From Acidimicrobium sp. (GTDB lineage: Bacteria; Actinomycetota; Acidimicrobiia; Acidimicrobiales; Ilumatobacteraceae): 64,000 bases of DNA. Shown here in pieces: positions 29,172 through 38,876 of this stretch. The notes beneath the pieces are model-generated. The model had not been told where the DNA came from and ran no database searches. It saw only the letters and a program-made list of their open reading frames with translations. Every line of letters starts with the position of its first letter. Position 1 is the stretch's first letter. A program made the position numbers and the translations under genes. The stretch covers positions 16,891 through 80,890 of the forward strand of contig NSIC01000001.1 in the NCBI GenBank assembly GCA_002737635.1. Direction: 5' to 3'.

Positions 29172-29881
29172 GCCGGTTAACAATTTGGGGAGTCGAAGGC
29201 ATTGGCGAGATCTCGGCCAAAGATCAACTAGGCGAAATTATCGCCGACATCTGCCGCCAAGAACCAAATGGGCCGTTGTTAGATAACGATGTTTTGGTCG
29301 TCACCCAAAAAATAGTCTCGAAGGCCGAAGGTCGGCTTGTGCCGATCGATGCTTCTGATCCGCTTAGTCACAAACAACTGGTCGAACAAGAAGCGGTGCG
29401 AATTGTGCGGCGCCGCGGAGATTTAATCATCACCGAAACAAAGCACGGCTTTGTCTGCGCCAACAGCGGCATCGATCTGTCGAACATCGAACGGGGCTAC
29501 GCGGCTCTCCTGCCGATTGACAGCGACAAATCTGCGCGCCGCATCCGAGACATCATTCGTGCCAAACTCGGCGTCAATGTCGGCGTCATCGTTAGCGATA
29601 CTTTTGGTAGACCTTGGCGCAAAGGGCTGACTGATATCGCCATCGGCGTTGCCGGCGTCGCCGGCGTCGTGGATTTGCGCGGCACACCCGACTCACTGGG
29701 TCGAATTATGCAAGTCACCGAAGTTGCAGTTGCCGATGAGCTGGCAAGCGCCGCCGAACTCGTGATGGGTAAATCATCTGGCATTCCAGTAGCAGTGATC
29801 CGTGGCGTTGATGCCGACTGGTTTCGTGATTCGAAAATCAGCGAACTAGTGCGCCCGCCCCAAGAAGATTTATTTCGCTAG
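29168..29881 (+). CDS. cofE: Coenzyme F420-0:L-glutamate ligase, single-domain CofE type
   Basis: VVVTQKIVSKAEGRL, CANSGIDLSN, SDTFGRPWRKGLTDIAIG, VTEVAVADELASAAELVMGK align with the N-terminal half of Mtb FbiB. It overlaps cofD by 4 nt. The protein ends at 237 aa, with no C-terminal nitroreductase-like domain. Confidence 0.9.
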   Translation: MSRLTIWGVEGIGEISAKDQLGEIIADICRQEPNGPLLDNDVLVVTQKIVSKAEGRLVPIDASDPLSHKQLVEQEAVRIVRRRGDLIITETKHGFVCANSGIDLSNIERGYAALLPIDSDKSARRIRDIIRAKLGVNVGVIVSDTFGRPWRKGLTDIAIGVAGVAGVVDLRGTPDSLGRIMQVTEVAVADELASAAELVMGKSSGIPVAVIRGVDADWFRDSKISELVRPPQEDLFR

Positions 29882-30804
29882 ACAGTTCGTCCAAGCAAAT
29901 CGCTAATGCCTGATTCAAGGGTTGTCCAATGCGACCAACCAAGTTGAATTCTCGCCCGGGTCGTGTTGACCGCGTTGCGTTGCAGATCGGCTGTTCGCGC
30001 CGACTCGTATGACTCTTGCAATGTCGTATCACGACCAACGAGATGCCACAAGTCTTTGACGGTTGTTTGCACCCCGGTGCCGATGTTGATCACAAGTCCA
30101 CCGCCTTTGTTGATTGCACGCGCCAAAGCGTCAACCGCGTCATCAATGAACAAAAAATCTCGAGTTTGACGACCGTTGCCACAAATAATTGGCGCGCTTT
30201 GATTAACAACAGCGTTAGCAAACGCCGCGACGACACCATCTGTCGGGCGTTGGCGCGAGCCGTAAACATTGGTCATCGCCAGAGCGGTGAACTCGACATC
30301 ATAACTTTCGCGATAAACCGTCAACAGATCGACCAAAGTATTCGCCATCACATGAGCCACGCCCATCGGGTCTGACTTACGACCCTCTTTGACAGGAAGT
30401 TGTCGCGCCGGCACTTCGCCGTAAAGCAAACCGGCAGGCAACGCCACGACAACTTTTTTCACGTCAAACCTTCGCGCTGCCTCGAGTACCGAGATCAGCA
30501 AAGTCGCCGAGCGCAACATTTCATTGGTGCGAGTTGCCCCCGTCGGCAAAAGTGCGAGGTGATAAATCGCCGTTGGTCGGCGCAACGCAATTAAATCTGA
30601 AAACTCTGGTGCTGAAATGTCGAGATGATGAAAGCGCAGCGTGCCACCTGCTGCACGCGCCGCACTGAGGTTGGCAAGCGACCCAACCGAAAGATCGTCG
30701 ACAACTTCAACGCTGTGACCATCGGCCAAAAGTCGATCAACTAGGTGCGAGCCAACAAAGCCGGCACCACCACAAACGAGCACACCGTTAACTTGCGCCA
30801 TCAA
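29878..30804 (-). CDS. NAD-dependent sugar-nucleotide epimerase/dehydratase (SDR)
   Basis: Rossmann motif VCGGAGFVGSHLVDRLL. 308 aa of extended-SDR type. Substrate is not assignable. Confidence 0.8.
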   Translation of the reverse strand: MMAQVNGVLVCGGAGFVGSHLVDRLLADGHSVEVVDDLSVGSLANLSAARAAGGTLRFHHLDISAPEFSDLIALRRPTAIYHLALLPTGATRTNEMLRSATLLISVLEAARRFDVKKVVVALPAGLLYGEVPARQLPVKEGRKSDPMGVAHVMANTLVDLLTVYRESYDVEFTALAMTNVYGSRQRPTDGVVAAFANAVVNQSAPIICGNGRQTRDFLFIDDAVDALARAINKGGGLVINIGTGVQTTVKDLWHLVGRDTTLQESYESARTADLQRNAVNTTRARIQLGWSHWTTLESGISDLLGRTV

Positions 30805-30810
30805 GTTTTT

Positions 30811-31815
30811 TCAACTCGCATCAGGAACTTTGGCATCACGTAATATTGCGCCAGATTTGACCTCGCCGTCAACACCGATGAGACACCCGTTGACCTGCGC
30901 GAACGAGCCGACATGACCCATCACTGCGCTATCCACGACAACGGCATCATCATCAATAGTTGCGCCTGCAAGCAAAACTGAGCGAATAATCTGGCAGTTC
31001 TCGCCGAGTTTGCAACCCCGTGCGATCACGCTTTGTGTCACTGTTGCAGATTTTGCGATTTGCGACATTGCGCTAATTGCTTCAACTTTATGGATGCTCT
31101 TGCGCTGCAATAGTTCGATATTCGCGCGAACATATGTGTCGGGGCGACCTGCATCAATCCAATAATCAGATGTCGCATAACCAAACAACTCACCATCTTT
31201 AACCAACTCCGGAAACGTCTCGCGCTCAATCGACATCGGCGCGACACCAGGCATCCGATCAAGCGCCGAGGCTTCGAAGACATATGTTCCGCCGTTGACA
31301 TTGCGCGATGTGGTCTGACCAGGCGAAGGCTTTTCAACAAAACGATTTACCTTGCCTTGCGGGTTTGTCTCGACAACGCCGTATTGCGACGGATCTTCGA
31401 CTGGCGTCAAATGAATTGTTGCTTGTGCGCCAGTTGATTTGTGAAACGCAACGAGTGCTGCGATATCAAGATCCGTCAGCACATCGCCATTGGCAACAAG
31501 AAAAGTTTCACCGCGTTTATCAATCTCGGCATGGCGCGCCGCAAAACCAATCGCACCCGCCGTATCAAGCGGTCGGTCTTCAACTGCATAAGTTAATTTG
31601 ACGCCCGCACACACATTTGACGGAAATGCAATCAAAAACGGTTCGGGTTTGAAGCCAAGTGACAACACAGCATCGGTTACTCCACCGCGAGCAAGCGACG
31701 CCATCAGTCTTTCGAGTAGCGGAAGGTTTGCGATCGGCAGAAGCGGCTTTGGTGTGACCAGCGTCAACGGTCGCAACCGTTTACCAAAACCACCAACTAG
31801 CACGACTGCGTGCAT
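30811..31815 (-). CDS. manC: Mannose-1-phosphate guanylyltransferase-type NDP-sugar pyrophosphorylase
   Basis: AVVLVGGFGKRLRPLTLVTPKPLLPI, a nucleotidyltransferase core and a C-terminal left-handed beta-helix. It is colinear with Mtb Rv3264c as I recall it. Confidence 0.85.
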   Translation of the reverse strand: MHAVVLVGGFGKRLRPLTLVTPKPLLPIANLPLLERLMASLARGGVTDAVLSLGFKPEPFLIAFPSNVCAGVKLTYAVEDRPLDTAGAIGFAARHAEIDKRGETFLVANGDVLTDLDIAALVAFHKSTGAQATIHLTPVEDPSQYGVVETNPQGKVNRFVEKPSPGQTTSRNVNGGTYVFEASALDRMPGVAPMSIERETFPELVKDGELFGYATSDYWIDAGRPDTYVRANIELLQRKSIHKVEAISAMSQIAKSATVTQSVIARGCKLGENCQIIRSVLLAGATIDDDAVVVDSAVMGHVGSFAQVNGCLIGVDGEVKSGAILRDAKVPDAS

Positions 31816-31843
31816 ATGTAGATTTACTCCAATTTTTTTGGCG

Positions 31844-32518
31844 TTAACCAGTGATCAACGGATCAAGATCAGTAATCGTGATTGGCTGTGGCACCTCGAC
31901 ATCTTTGGCGATAAAAGCCAAAGTAATCGCCATGCCGTTGCCAGTAAGTCGCACATTGCCGAGATCAGCAATCGAAATTTTTGGCGATGAAACTTTTGAA
32001 TCCCAAACGACAACTTGCAAATTCGCAGCTTTGTCGCCACACTTTGTATCGGCTTCGCTAATTAGTTCGCCGCCGTTCAAAGAGTCTGGAAACTGAATCG
32101 AATCATTCGTCACGGTCAGACCGTAAAGTTCAAAAATCGTTTCAAGCTTGGCGCGACGCTCACCTGACAGAACTTGTGGCTCCCAACGCACGACACCAGC
32201 CGACTCGATAAATGCACCAGGCTTGACGCTCGAAATATCGGCAAGGTCGGCTGCGGCTGGCAAGTTTTCGATGAACGCATCGCACTTGTAAATGCCAAAC
32301 GCCGTGTAATAGTTCTGCGACGCAGTGTCGAGCGCGCTGACTCGCTCTTGGCTCTGGCGGGCATAGGCGATTAATGCGACACCGAGCACACAGACGACGA
32401 AAATAACCGTTGGAAACAACGATCCACCTTGCATACGAACCTTGCGACCCTTGCGGTTCTTGCTGGCTTGAGCCAAACGGGCGATTTTTTTCGCTGAAGA
32501 TGAGGTAGCCACGAACAA
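31844..32518 (-). CDS. Hypothetical membrane-anchored protein with a basic N-terminus
   Basis: 224 aa with a Lys/Arg-rich N-terminus (SSSAKKIARLAQASKNRKGRKVR), one TM helix (LFPTVIFVVCVLGVALIAY) and an extracytoplasmic domain. No recognisable motifs. The start is ambiguous (TTG 32518, GTG 32512, or an internal ATG). Confidence 0.5.
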   Translation of the reverse strand: MFVATSSSAKKIARLAQASKNRKGRKVRMQGGSLFPTVIFVVCVLGVALIAYARQSQERVSALDTASQNYYTAFGIYKCDAFIENLPAAADLADISSVKPGAFIESAGVVRWEPQVLSGERRAKLETIFELYGLTVTNDSIQFPDSLNGGELISEADTKCGDKAANLQVVVWDSKVSSPKISIADLGNVRLTGNGMAITLAFIAKDVEVPQPITITDLDPLITG

Positions 32519-32532
32519 GAAATGCTACAGGC

Positions 32533-33768
32533 TTATGGCGTGTACAAGGCTTCGTAACGCTGCGCAACCGACTGGGGCGAAGCGTGGCCTTCAACCCATT
32601 TTCGCCCGCTCGCCCCCATTTCTTCAAGATTTTTACGGTCGAGAGTCAAAGCATTAATTGCGGATACAAACGCCTGTTGATTATCTGGCTCGACGCAAAC
32701 TCCGGCTTTCGCCGCTGCCAAAATTCGAGGCACCTCGGTGTCTAGATCGATCGCCGCACAAATCGGTCGCCCCGCAGCAAGTATCGAATATGTTTTTGAC
32801 GGCACGCTGACCGAGCCGAGTCCGCGACGCAACGGCACAACATGCAGATCTCCAGTTGCCAACACTTCGCTCAGTCGCGCAGCATCTTGGTAGTCGCCGA
32901 ATTTCAGATTGCGCAGCGTGCCCGCCTTTGCTTCGAGGGACTTTCGCGCTGCACCTTCGCCATTGATCACAAACATAACTTCGGGCAAAACTCGAGCCGC
33001 TTCAAGCACAAGCTCTAGCGACTGCGAGAAACCCACGTTTCCGGCGTACATCACAACCAATGATTCGTCAATGCCGAGTTCGCGACGATAATTGGTTAGT
33101 CGCGACATCGGCACGATCGCCTTCGTGTCAACAAAATTAGGAATCACCTTGATGCGCTTGTGAAACTTTTGATCGAGCTTGCGTTGCACGTTGTTGGCTA
33201 AATCATCTGACAACAACACGACCGAATTAGATCGTTGATAGCTGACGCGTTCAAGCCATGACGCGGCGGCGATCACGCGTTGGTTCGAAATTGCCCCAGT
33301 CTCGATTGCCGCGTCAGGAAACACGTCTTGAATGTTGAACACCAGTTTGCCGCCACGAAATAACTTGGTGTGCCAACCGATCAAGCCCAGCGTCAAAGGT
33401 GGCGACATCGCCAATACGCCGTCGACTCGACGCCAGAAACCGCCCGCAAATAGCGCCCGTAAGCCAACGAAGTAGCTGAACAAAATGAAACCAACTGCCC
33501 TGCGCACCAAGTTGCTCTTGGTCTTTCCCGCAAACGGCTGCACTCGACTAATTGAACCCCAATTGGTTTTCTCGACTCTCCACAAGGCGCCTGCCCAACC
33601 CGATTCGACTTGATGCTTGCGATACCACGGCAACGATGTGACGACATGCAGCTCGTGTCCGCGTGCGGCGAGTTCATGCACGATTCGTGTCATCACCACA
33701 CCAGTCGGTGCCATGTCAGGCTCGAAGTGTGGGCAAAGAACTATTAGTCGCAATTTCTTTGACATCAC
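32533..33768 (-). CDS. GT-B glycosyltransferase (GT4, WcaI-like)
   Basis: 411 aa. N-terminus LRLIVLCPHFEPDMAPTG..; the C-terminal donor-binding region is GDLHVVPLRRGLGSVSVPSKTYSILAAGRP. It has a 4-nt ATGA overlap with the upstream GT4. Confidence 0.85.
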   Translation of the reverse strand: MMSKKLRLIVLCPHFEPDMAPTGVVMTRIVHELAARGHELHVVTSLPWYRKHQVESGWAGALWRVEKTNWGSISRVQPFAGKTKSNLVRRAVGFILFSYFVGLRALFAGGFWRRVDGVLAMSPPLTLGLIGWHTKLFRGGKLVFNIQDVFPDAAIETGAISNQRVIAAASWLERVSYQRSNSVVLLSDDLANNVQRKLDQKFHKRIKVIPNFVDTKAIVPMSRLTNYRRELGIDESLVVMYAGNVGFSQSLELVLEAARVLPEVMFVINGEGAARKSLEAKAGTLRNLKFGDYQDAARLSEVLATGDLHVVPLRRGLGSVSVPSKTYSILAAGRPICAAIDLDTEVPRILAAAKAGVCVEPDNQQAFVSAINALTLDRKNLEEMGASGRKWVEGHASPQSVAQRYEALYTP

Positions 33769-34874
33769 ATTGCCGCTCGATACACCTGGGCTAAATCTTT
33801 GCCAGAGTTTAAAATCGAAAAATTTGCTGCGCGAAGTTTGCCCGCCGCAATCAGCATCTCGCGCCTAGTCGCCACCGTTTCGAGTGCGCTCGCCCAGACG
33901 CTCAAATTAAGTGGCAGAACCAAACCAGCGTCGCCAACAATTTCGGGCAGTGCCGCACAGTCGCTGGCAATCACGGGTGTTTCAAGTTTCATCGCTTCAA
34001 TAACCGGGGCGCCAAAGCCCTCGTACAAACTCGGAAACACCAACGCCCTGGCAAGCTTCAACAGGCCGTCCCGATCTTCGTCGACAACTCGGTCGAGGCG
34101 CACAACACGGTCGTCCAAATTGAGGCGACGAACTTCACGCATGAATTCGATTTCGCCACGACCCTTGCCTCCAGCGCAAACCAAAACAAGATTTTTGTCG
34201 ACCCAGTGCGACTTCATCACCTGCAACAAGAATTTGTGATTTTTATGCGGGTGTGTGACTGCCGGCAAGAACAAAACATCTTTGTTTTCAAGTCGCAATC
34301 TCCGACGCAACTCTTGCTCGCTCGTGGCCGACTTACCGAGACGGTCGTCAATGCCGTGTCGCACAACTTTGACTTTTGTTGGCGAAACTACAAACTTGTT
34401 GATCAACTTCTGACGAACATATTCACTCGGCGTGCTTACTATTGATGCCCTTGCTACAGAATGCGGCACAACTCTGCTTAGGTAGCCCAATCGAATGCGA
34501 CTGAAGTTTTCTGGAAACGAAAGATATTGCACATCGTGAATCGTCAACACTGTGCGTCGGCCGGCAAATCGTGGCATCGTGCCACCACCATGGTGCATAA
34601 GGTCGAACTTTCGCGCTTTAAAAGCCAGCCAAGTTTGTTCGAGCAAAACTCGCAATACTCGCACGCCACCATGACGCGGCGCTTCAACACATTTATACAT
34701 TTTTGCCAGTTGCCCATGATGTTGCGCAAAATCTTCTTGCACGAACAGCGTCACATCAAATTCGTTGTTGTTGGTTTCATACAGACCGGTTAGTTGACGA
34801 AGCAAATATTCTTGCGAGCCACCCACCTGTCCCGTGCGAAGCCACAATAAGTTGACACCGACACGAACTGTCAT
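33765..34874 (-). CDS. GT-B glycosyltransferase (GT4)
   Basis: FPSLYEGFGAPVIEAM (the EX7E region). ATG 34874 forms an ATGA overlap with the upstream GT4 stop. Confidence 0.85.
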   Translation of the reverse strand: MTVRVGVNLLWLRTGQVGGSQEYLLRQLTGLYETNNNEFDVTLFVQEDFAQHHGQLAKMYKCVEAPRHGGVRVLRVLLEQTWLAFKARKFDLMHHGGGTMPRFAGRRTVLTIHDVQYLSFPENFSRIRLGYLSRVVPHSVARASIVSTPSEYVRQKLINKFVVSPTKVKVVRHGIDDRLGKSATSEQELRRRLRLENKDVLFLPAVTHPHKNHKFLLQVMKSHWVDKNLVLVCAGGKGRGEIEFMREVRRLNLDDRVVRLDRVVDEDRDGLLKLARALVFPSLYEGFGAPVIEAMKLETPVIASDCAALPEIVGDAGLVLPLNLSVWASALETVATRREMLIAAGKLRAANFSILNSGKDLAQVYRAAM

Positions 34875-35959
34875 CGCACTACCTGTTCGTACACTTCTGC
34901 TGTTTTTGTCGCGGTTGCCTGCCAAGTCATTTCACTTGCGCGCGCGAGACCAAGACGCGACAACTCAGACTTTTGATTCAGGGCCTGCAACACACCACTG
35001 GCGATGCTGTCAATATCGAGCGGGTCAACCAACACTGCAGCACTTCCCGCGACTTCTTGGGTCGACGAGCCCTTGCTAGTCAAAACCGGCGTGCCATAAC
35101 TCATTGCCTCGAGAATCGGCAAGCCAAAACCCTCCATTAGAGATGGATAACAAAGCGCTTCAGCCGATGCATAGATCGCCCCGAGGTCACCTGGTTGCAC
35201 AAACCCAACAAAATGCACTCGAGATTTGACGCCGCTCGACATGCTTTCATTTTCAGATACATCGCCCCAACCAGTTGCACCAACCACCACAAGATCGGGC
35301 ACCGAATCGCCGAGAGTTTGAAGAGCTGCGATTAGCTGCGACAAATTTTTGCGAGGTTCTAGAGTGCCCACAAACAGCAAATAATTTTCTGGCAAGTTAT
35401 AACGAGTTGTGATCTGATCTCGAGTAGTCATCACCATCGGCGCAGAAACCCCCAAAGGTACGTGGCGCAATCGGTCGCGCGAAAAACCGAACTCACTGCA
35501 ATCTTCGAGTGTCGACTGCGAAGAGCAGAGCAACATGTCGGCACGCTTCAACAAAATTTTAAGACTGCGTCGAAACACCGAGTTGCCGCGTCGGCTAAAA
35601 AATTGCGGATACTTCAAAAATGCCAGATCATGAATCGTCGCCACCATTTTTGCGTTCGTCGCAAACGGAATTATCGAAGTGCAGTGCAGCAAATCAACCT
35701 TGCCCGTCGCAGTCTCGACTTTCGGCCAGCCAAATCGCATCGAGGTCTCATAGAGAGCAGGCCCGCTTAACAAAAGTTGCTGCACAGTTATTGGCAGTCG
35801 ATAGGCACCCTGCGGTTCTACGCTGTGGCGGCCCGCAAAACCCACGAGTTCAATCTCGCGGCGCAAGCCCGGCAAAACTCGAGCGACTTCAATCGCAGCG
35901 GTCGCAGTACCCCCTGGCACGCGATGCCAGCACTGTTCCAAAGAGTAGGCAACACGCAT
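34871..35959 (-). CDS. GT-B glycosyltransferase (GT4)
   Basis: YPSLMEGFGLPILEAM. ATG 35959 (MRVAYSLE...) was preferred over the TTG at 36007. Confidence 0.85.
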   Translation of the reverse strand: MRVAYSLEQCWHRVPGGTATAAIEVARVLPGLRREIELVGFAGRHSVEPQGAYRLPITVQQLLLSGPALYETSMRFGWPKVETATGKVDLLHCTSIIPFATNAKMVATIHDLAFLKYPQFFSRRGNSVFRRSLKILLKRADMLLCSSQSTLEDCSEFGFSRDRLRHVPLGVSAPMVMTTRDQITTRYNLPENYLLFVGTLEPRKNLSQLIAALQTLGDSVPDLVVVGATGWGDVSENESMSSGVKSRVHFVGFVQPGDLGAIYASAEALCYPSLMEGFGLPILEAMSYGTPVLTSKGSSTQEVAGSAAVLVDPLDIDSIASGVLQALNQKSELSRLGLARASEMTWQATATKTAEVYEQVVR

Positions 35960-36061
35960 CCCTTCTATTCTGCCCGCGTCGGCTTGGTAATTGGTGCAAA
36001 GCCACAACGGCTGAACTCAAGTCCATGGCAGGGCTCTGTGTCGTACGATATAAATAGCAAT

Positions 36062-37039
36062 ATGAGCGAAAAAACTTCGTCACCAAAATTTTGGAAAACC
36101 CGCACCGTTTTGGTTACGGGTGGCAACGGTTTTCTCGGTCGCAATGTCGTCGAAGCATTTACGAGCATGGGTGCAACGGTTATCACCCCAACTCACAAGC
36201 AAGCCGATCTCACTATTCCTGGTGTCGCACTCGAGTTGTTTAAAACACACAAACCAAGCCATGTCGTGCATTTGGCGGCGCGAGTCGGTGGCATCGGCTA
36301 CAACCAAGTTGCACCAGCGCCTCTTTATCTCGACAACTTGTTGATGGGCACTCAGACGATTGAAGCCGCGCGACTTGCCGGAGTCGAGAAAACAATTTTG
36401 CTTGGCACCGTGTGCAGTTACCCGAAGTTCACACCTGTGCCGTTTCGTGAAGAATCAATCTGGGACGGCTACCCCGAAGAGACAAATGCGCCATACGGCA
36501 TCGCCAAGAAGGCTCTGTTGGTGCACGCTCAAGTCAACGCCCAACAATATGGTCAGAAGTTTGCGTTCTTGATACCAACAAATTTGTTTGGCCCGGGCGA
36601 CAAGTTTCATCCTGATGTTTCGCATGTGATTCCGGCATTGATCAAAAAATGTGTCGAAGCCAAAGAACAAAAACTTGACAAGATCGATGTCTGGGGCACC
36701 GGGTCGGCCAGTCGCGACTATTTATATGTCAAAGATGCTGCTCGCGCAATTTTGCTCGCCAGCGAACTGCACGATTCAACCGAGCCACTCAACTTGGGCA
36801 ACAATCGCGAAATAACAATTCGTGAAACCGCAGAGACGATTGCTCGCATCGTTGGGTTTTCGGGCAAACTCGTTTGGGACTCTTCTCGCCCAGATGGTCA
36901 ACCTCGCCGCCGAGTCGATGCCTCTCGCGCCGAGCGCGAACTTGGCTGGCATGCGTCTACCGACTTTGAAGACGGCCTGCACGAAACCGTGAAGTGGTTT
37001 CTTGCGAACCGCCAAGAAGCCTTGACTCTTCACGCATAA
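36062..37039 (+). CDS. fcl: GDP-L-fucose synthase
   Basis: VLVTGGNGFLGRNVV, HLAARVGGI, NAPYGIAKKAL, PTNLFGPGDKFHPDVSHVIPALIKK are colinear with E. coli Fcl/WcaG. The track ORF (from 35777) over-extends, so ATG 36062 was used. Confidence 0.9.
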   Translation: MSEKTSSPKFWKTRTVLVTGGNGFLGRNVVEAFTSMGATVITPTHKQADLTIPGVALELFKTHKPSHVVHLAARVGGIGYNQVAPAPLYLDNLLMGTQTIEAARLAGVEKTILLGTVCSYPKFTPVPFREESIWDGYPEETNAPYGIAKKALLVHAQVNAQQYGQKFAFLIPTNLFGPGDKFHPDVSHVIPALIKKCVEAKEQKLDKIDVWGTGSASRDYLYVKDAARAILLASELHDSTEPLNLGNNREITIRETAETIARIVGFSGKLVWDSSRPDGQPRRRVDASRAERELGWHASTDFEDGLHETVKWFLANRQEALTLHA

Positions 37040-37043
37040 CTTC

Positions 37044-37814
37044 GTGAGTTTTCCACCACCTCAACTTCCGCCGCCGTTGCCTCGCGCGCAACAATCAGCA
37101 TCTCAGTCACCACAACCTGCACGAAAGTCGCGATCGCCACGCCGCTCAAAGTCAGCGCGACCGCCTCGTCCAATCTTTCGCAGTTCAGCAAACAAAACAC
37201 CCGTCACGAACGCAATCGTGTCGATCAATGTGGGGCTGTATCTCTGGATGTCGCTTTCGGGTTTCGAACAGACATCAATAAATTTCGTCATCTCGCGACA
37301 GTTTTTAGAGCAGGGCGAATGGTACCGACTCATCAGTTGCGGCTTCGTGCACTTTGGCATCTTTCATGTGGCGATGAACATGCTTTTGGCATTTCAACTC
37401 GGACAGTTATTTGAACAAAAAATCGGCTCGCTGCGATTTGGGTTGCTGTATCTGACATCTTTATTAGGCGGATCAATCGGTGCGCTGGTAATCAGCCCCG
37501 ATGCAATAACAGGCGGCGCATCTGGTGCTGTATTTGGTCTTATGGCAGCAGCAGTCGTCGGTCTTCGACACGATCGAATCAACCCATTGCAAACGGGCAT
37601 TGGCATGACTTTCGTGCTGAACATCGTGATCACTCTCGTAATACCGGGCATCTCAGTTGGTGGCCACTTCGGCGGCGCCATCATTGGCGCGATCAGCAGT
37701 TTGTTCTTGTTGAACCCGAGCAACAAAATTGTTTCGAAGTTTCTTCAAATCGTCGGGCCAATTGCAATTTGTCTCGGTTTGATTTATCTGGCGGTGACTT
37801 TCGTAAACGCGTAA
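37044..37814 (+). CDS. Rhomboid-family intramembrane serine protease
   Basis: Catalytic Ser motif GASGAVFGLM and His motif GHFGGAIIG, with six TM helices. The N-terminal ~50 aa are Pro/Gln/Arg-rich. Confidence 0.85.
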   Translation: MSFPPPQLPPPLPRAQQSASQSPQPARKSRSPRRSKSARPPRPIFRSSANKTPVTNAIVSINVGLYLWMSLSGFEQTSINFVISRQFLEQGEWYRLISCGFVHFGIFHVAMNMLLAFQLGQLFEQKIGSLRFGLLYLTSLLGGSIGALVISPDAITGGASGAVFGLMAAAVVGLRHDRINPLQTGIGMTFVLNIVITLVIPGISVGGHFGGAIIGAISSLFLLNPSNKIVSKFLQIVGPIAICLGLIYLAVTFVNA

Positions 37815-37837
37815 CACCCACTGATTACTCTGCATAC

Positions 37838-38236
37838 ATGCTTCACACGATCACCCCTCTATCAGATGTGCCGCGAGCACAACTCGACCCAATCACGACT
37901 CTTTCTGAAAAACTCAGCGTGTTCGCACTTGCACTTTCACGGCCCCTACGCCACGAAACAATTGCTTTGTGCTGCGACCATCAACAGCGCGGCGTTGGCA
38001 TCTTTGCATTTGACTCAAAACTTAAACTCACCCAAATAATCGAACGCATCATCGGTGCGGCAATCAATATCGACTCGACGACAACAATTTGTCTGCTCAG
38101 CTCGCGGCAAGGCGCCGGTCGAGATTTAGCCGACGCATCACAGTTTTTTATGGCCAAGAACCGCTGTCAAGATGCTGGTCTCGAACTCACAGATTGGTTT
38201 CTCGTCGCCAATGGCGAGACATGTATCTTGCAATAA
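37838..38236 (+). CDS. Hypothetical protein
   Basis: 132 aa from ATG 37838 (MLHTITPLSDVP...). No motif that I recognise. Coding status rests on ORF length and tight packing. Confidence 0.45.
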   Translation: MLHTITPLSDVPRAQLDPITTLSEKLSVFALALSRPLRHETIALCCDHQQRGVGIFAFDSKLKLTQIIERIIGAAINIDSTTTICLLSSRQGAGRDLADASQFFMAKNRCQDAGLELTDWFLVANGETCILQ

Positions 38237-38258
38237 CGCATCCAGCGCGTAGTCGCAG

Positions 38259-38486
38259 TTAACTGTGGCAACCACAGCCAGAGCCACATCCACCCATTTT
38301 TGGTGCGGGCATTACAGGCGCAGCCGAGGCACTGCTGCCACCGCCAACCGAGGCAAAAACTGAAAGCAGTCGCACTGCATTTTCGTGGCCCAGTGAGCAC
38401 TTGGCAGGCTCATTAGCAGCCGACATCGCGCGTCGCTCTTCAAATACTTCGTCGCATGTTCGACAGCGAAATTCGTACATCGGCAT
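38259..38486 (-). CDS. FmdB-family zinc-ribbon protein
   Basis: Canonical N-terminus MPMYEFRCRTCDEVFE, a second Cys pair further on, and a Gly/Cys-rich C-terminus GGCGSGCGCHS. Confidence 0.8.
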   Translation of the reverse strand: MPMYEFRCRTCDEVFEERRAMSAANEPAKCSLGHENAVRLLSVFASVGGGSSASAAPVMPAPKMGGCGSGCGCHS

Positions 38487-38545
38487 AGTTTGCAGTCTAG
38501 ATGTTGCTATCCGACCAGCGCTAGAGCGATAAATACGTTCAATTA

Positions 38546-38866
38546 ATGATTAAATTAAGTGTGTTCTCTGCTCAATCGTCGACGACTCAGACCGCACCCG
38601 GCACAACAGTTGAACAACAAACAGAATATGTTTTGCAAACTGGCAAGCCGCTCGTCGCCCACATCGTCAAAACCGAGAAAGACGAATCAGCGGCCGCCAA
38701 AGTGCTCGAAGCACGCATCAACGGCACACCGTTAGAAGCACTGTGTGGCCATGTTTGGGTGCCATCGCGCGACCCAAAACAGTTGCCGATGTGCCAAGCG
38801 TGCAAAGAAGTCTACGAAATGTATCGCGGCTTCAACGACGAACTAAACGAACAGCCGACCGAATAG
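38546..38866 (+). CDS. DUF3039-family protein
   Basis: ALCGHVWVPSRDPKQLPMCQACKEVYE matches the conserved DUF3039 core. Confidence 0.78.
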   Translation: MIKLSVFSAQSSTTQTAPGTTVEQQTEYVLQTGKPLVAHIVKTEKDESAAAKVLEARINGTPLEALCGHVWVPSRDPKQLPMCQACKEVYEMYRGFNDELNEQPTE

Positions 38867-38876
38867 CACGCAATAA

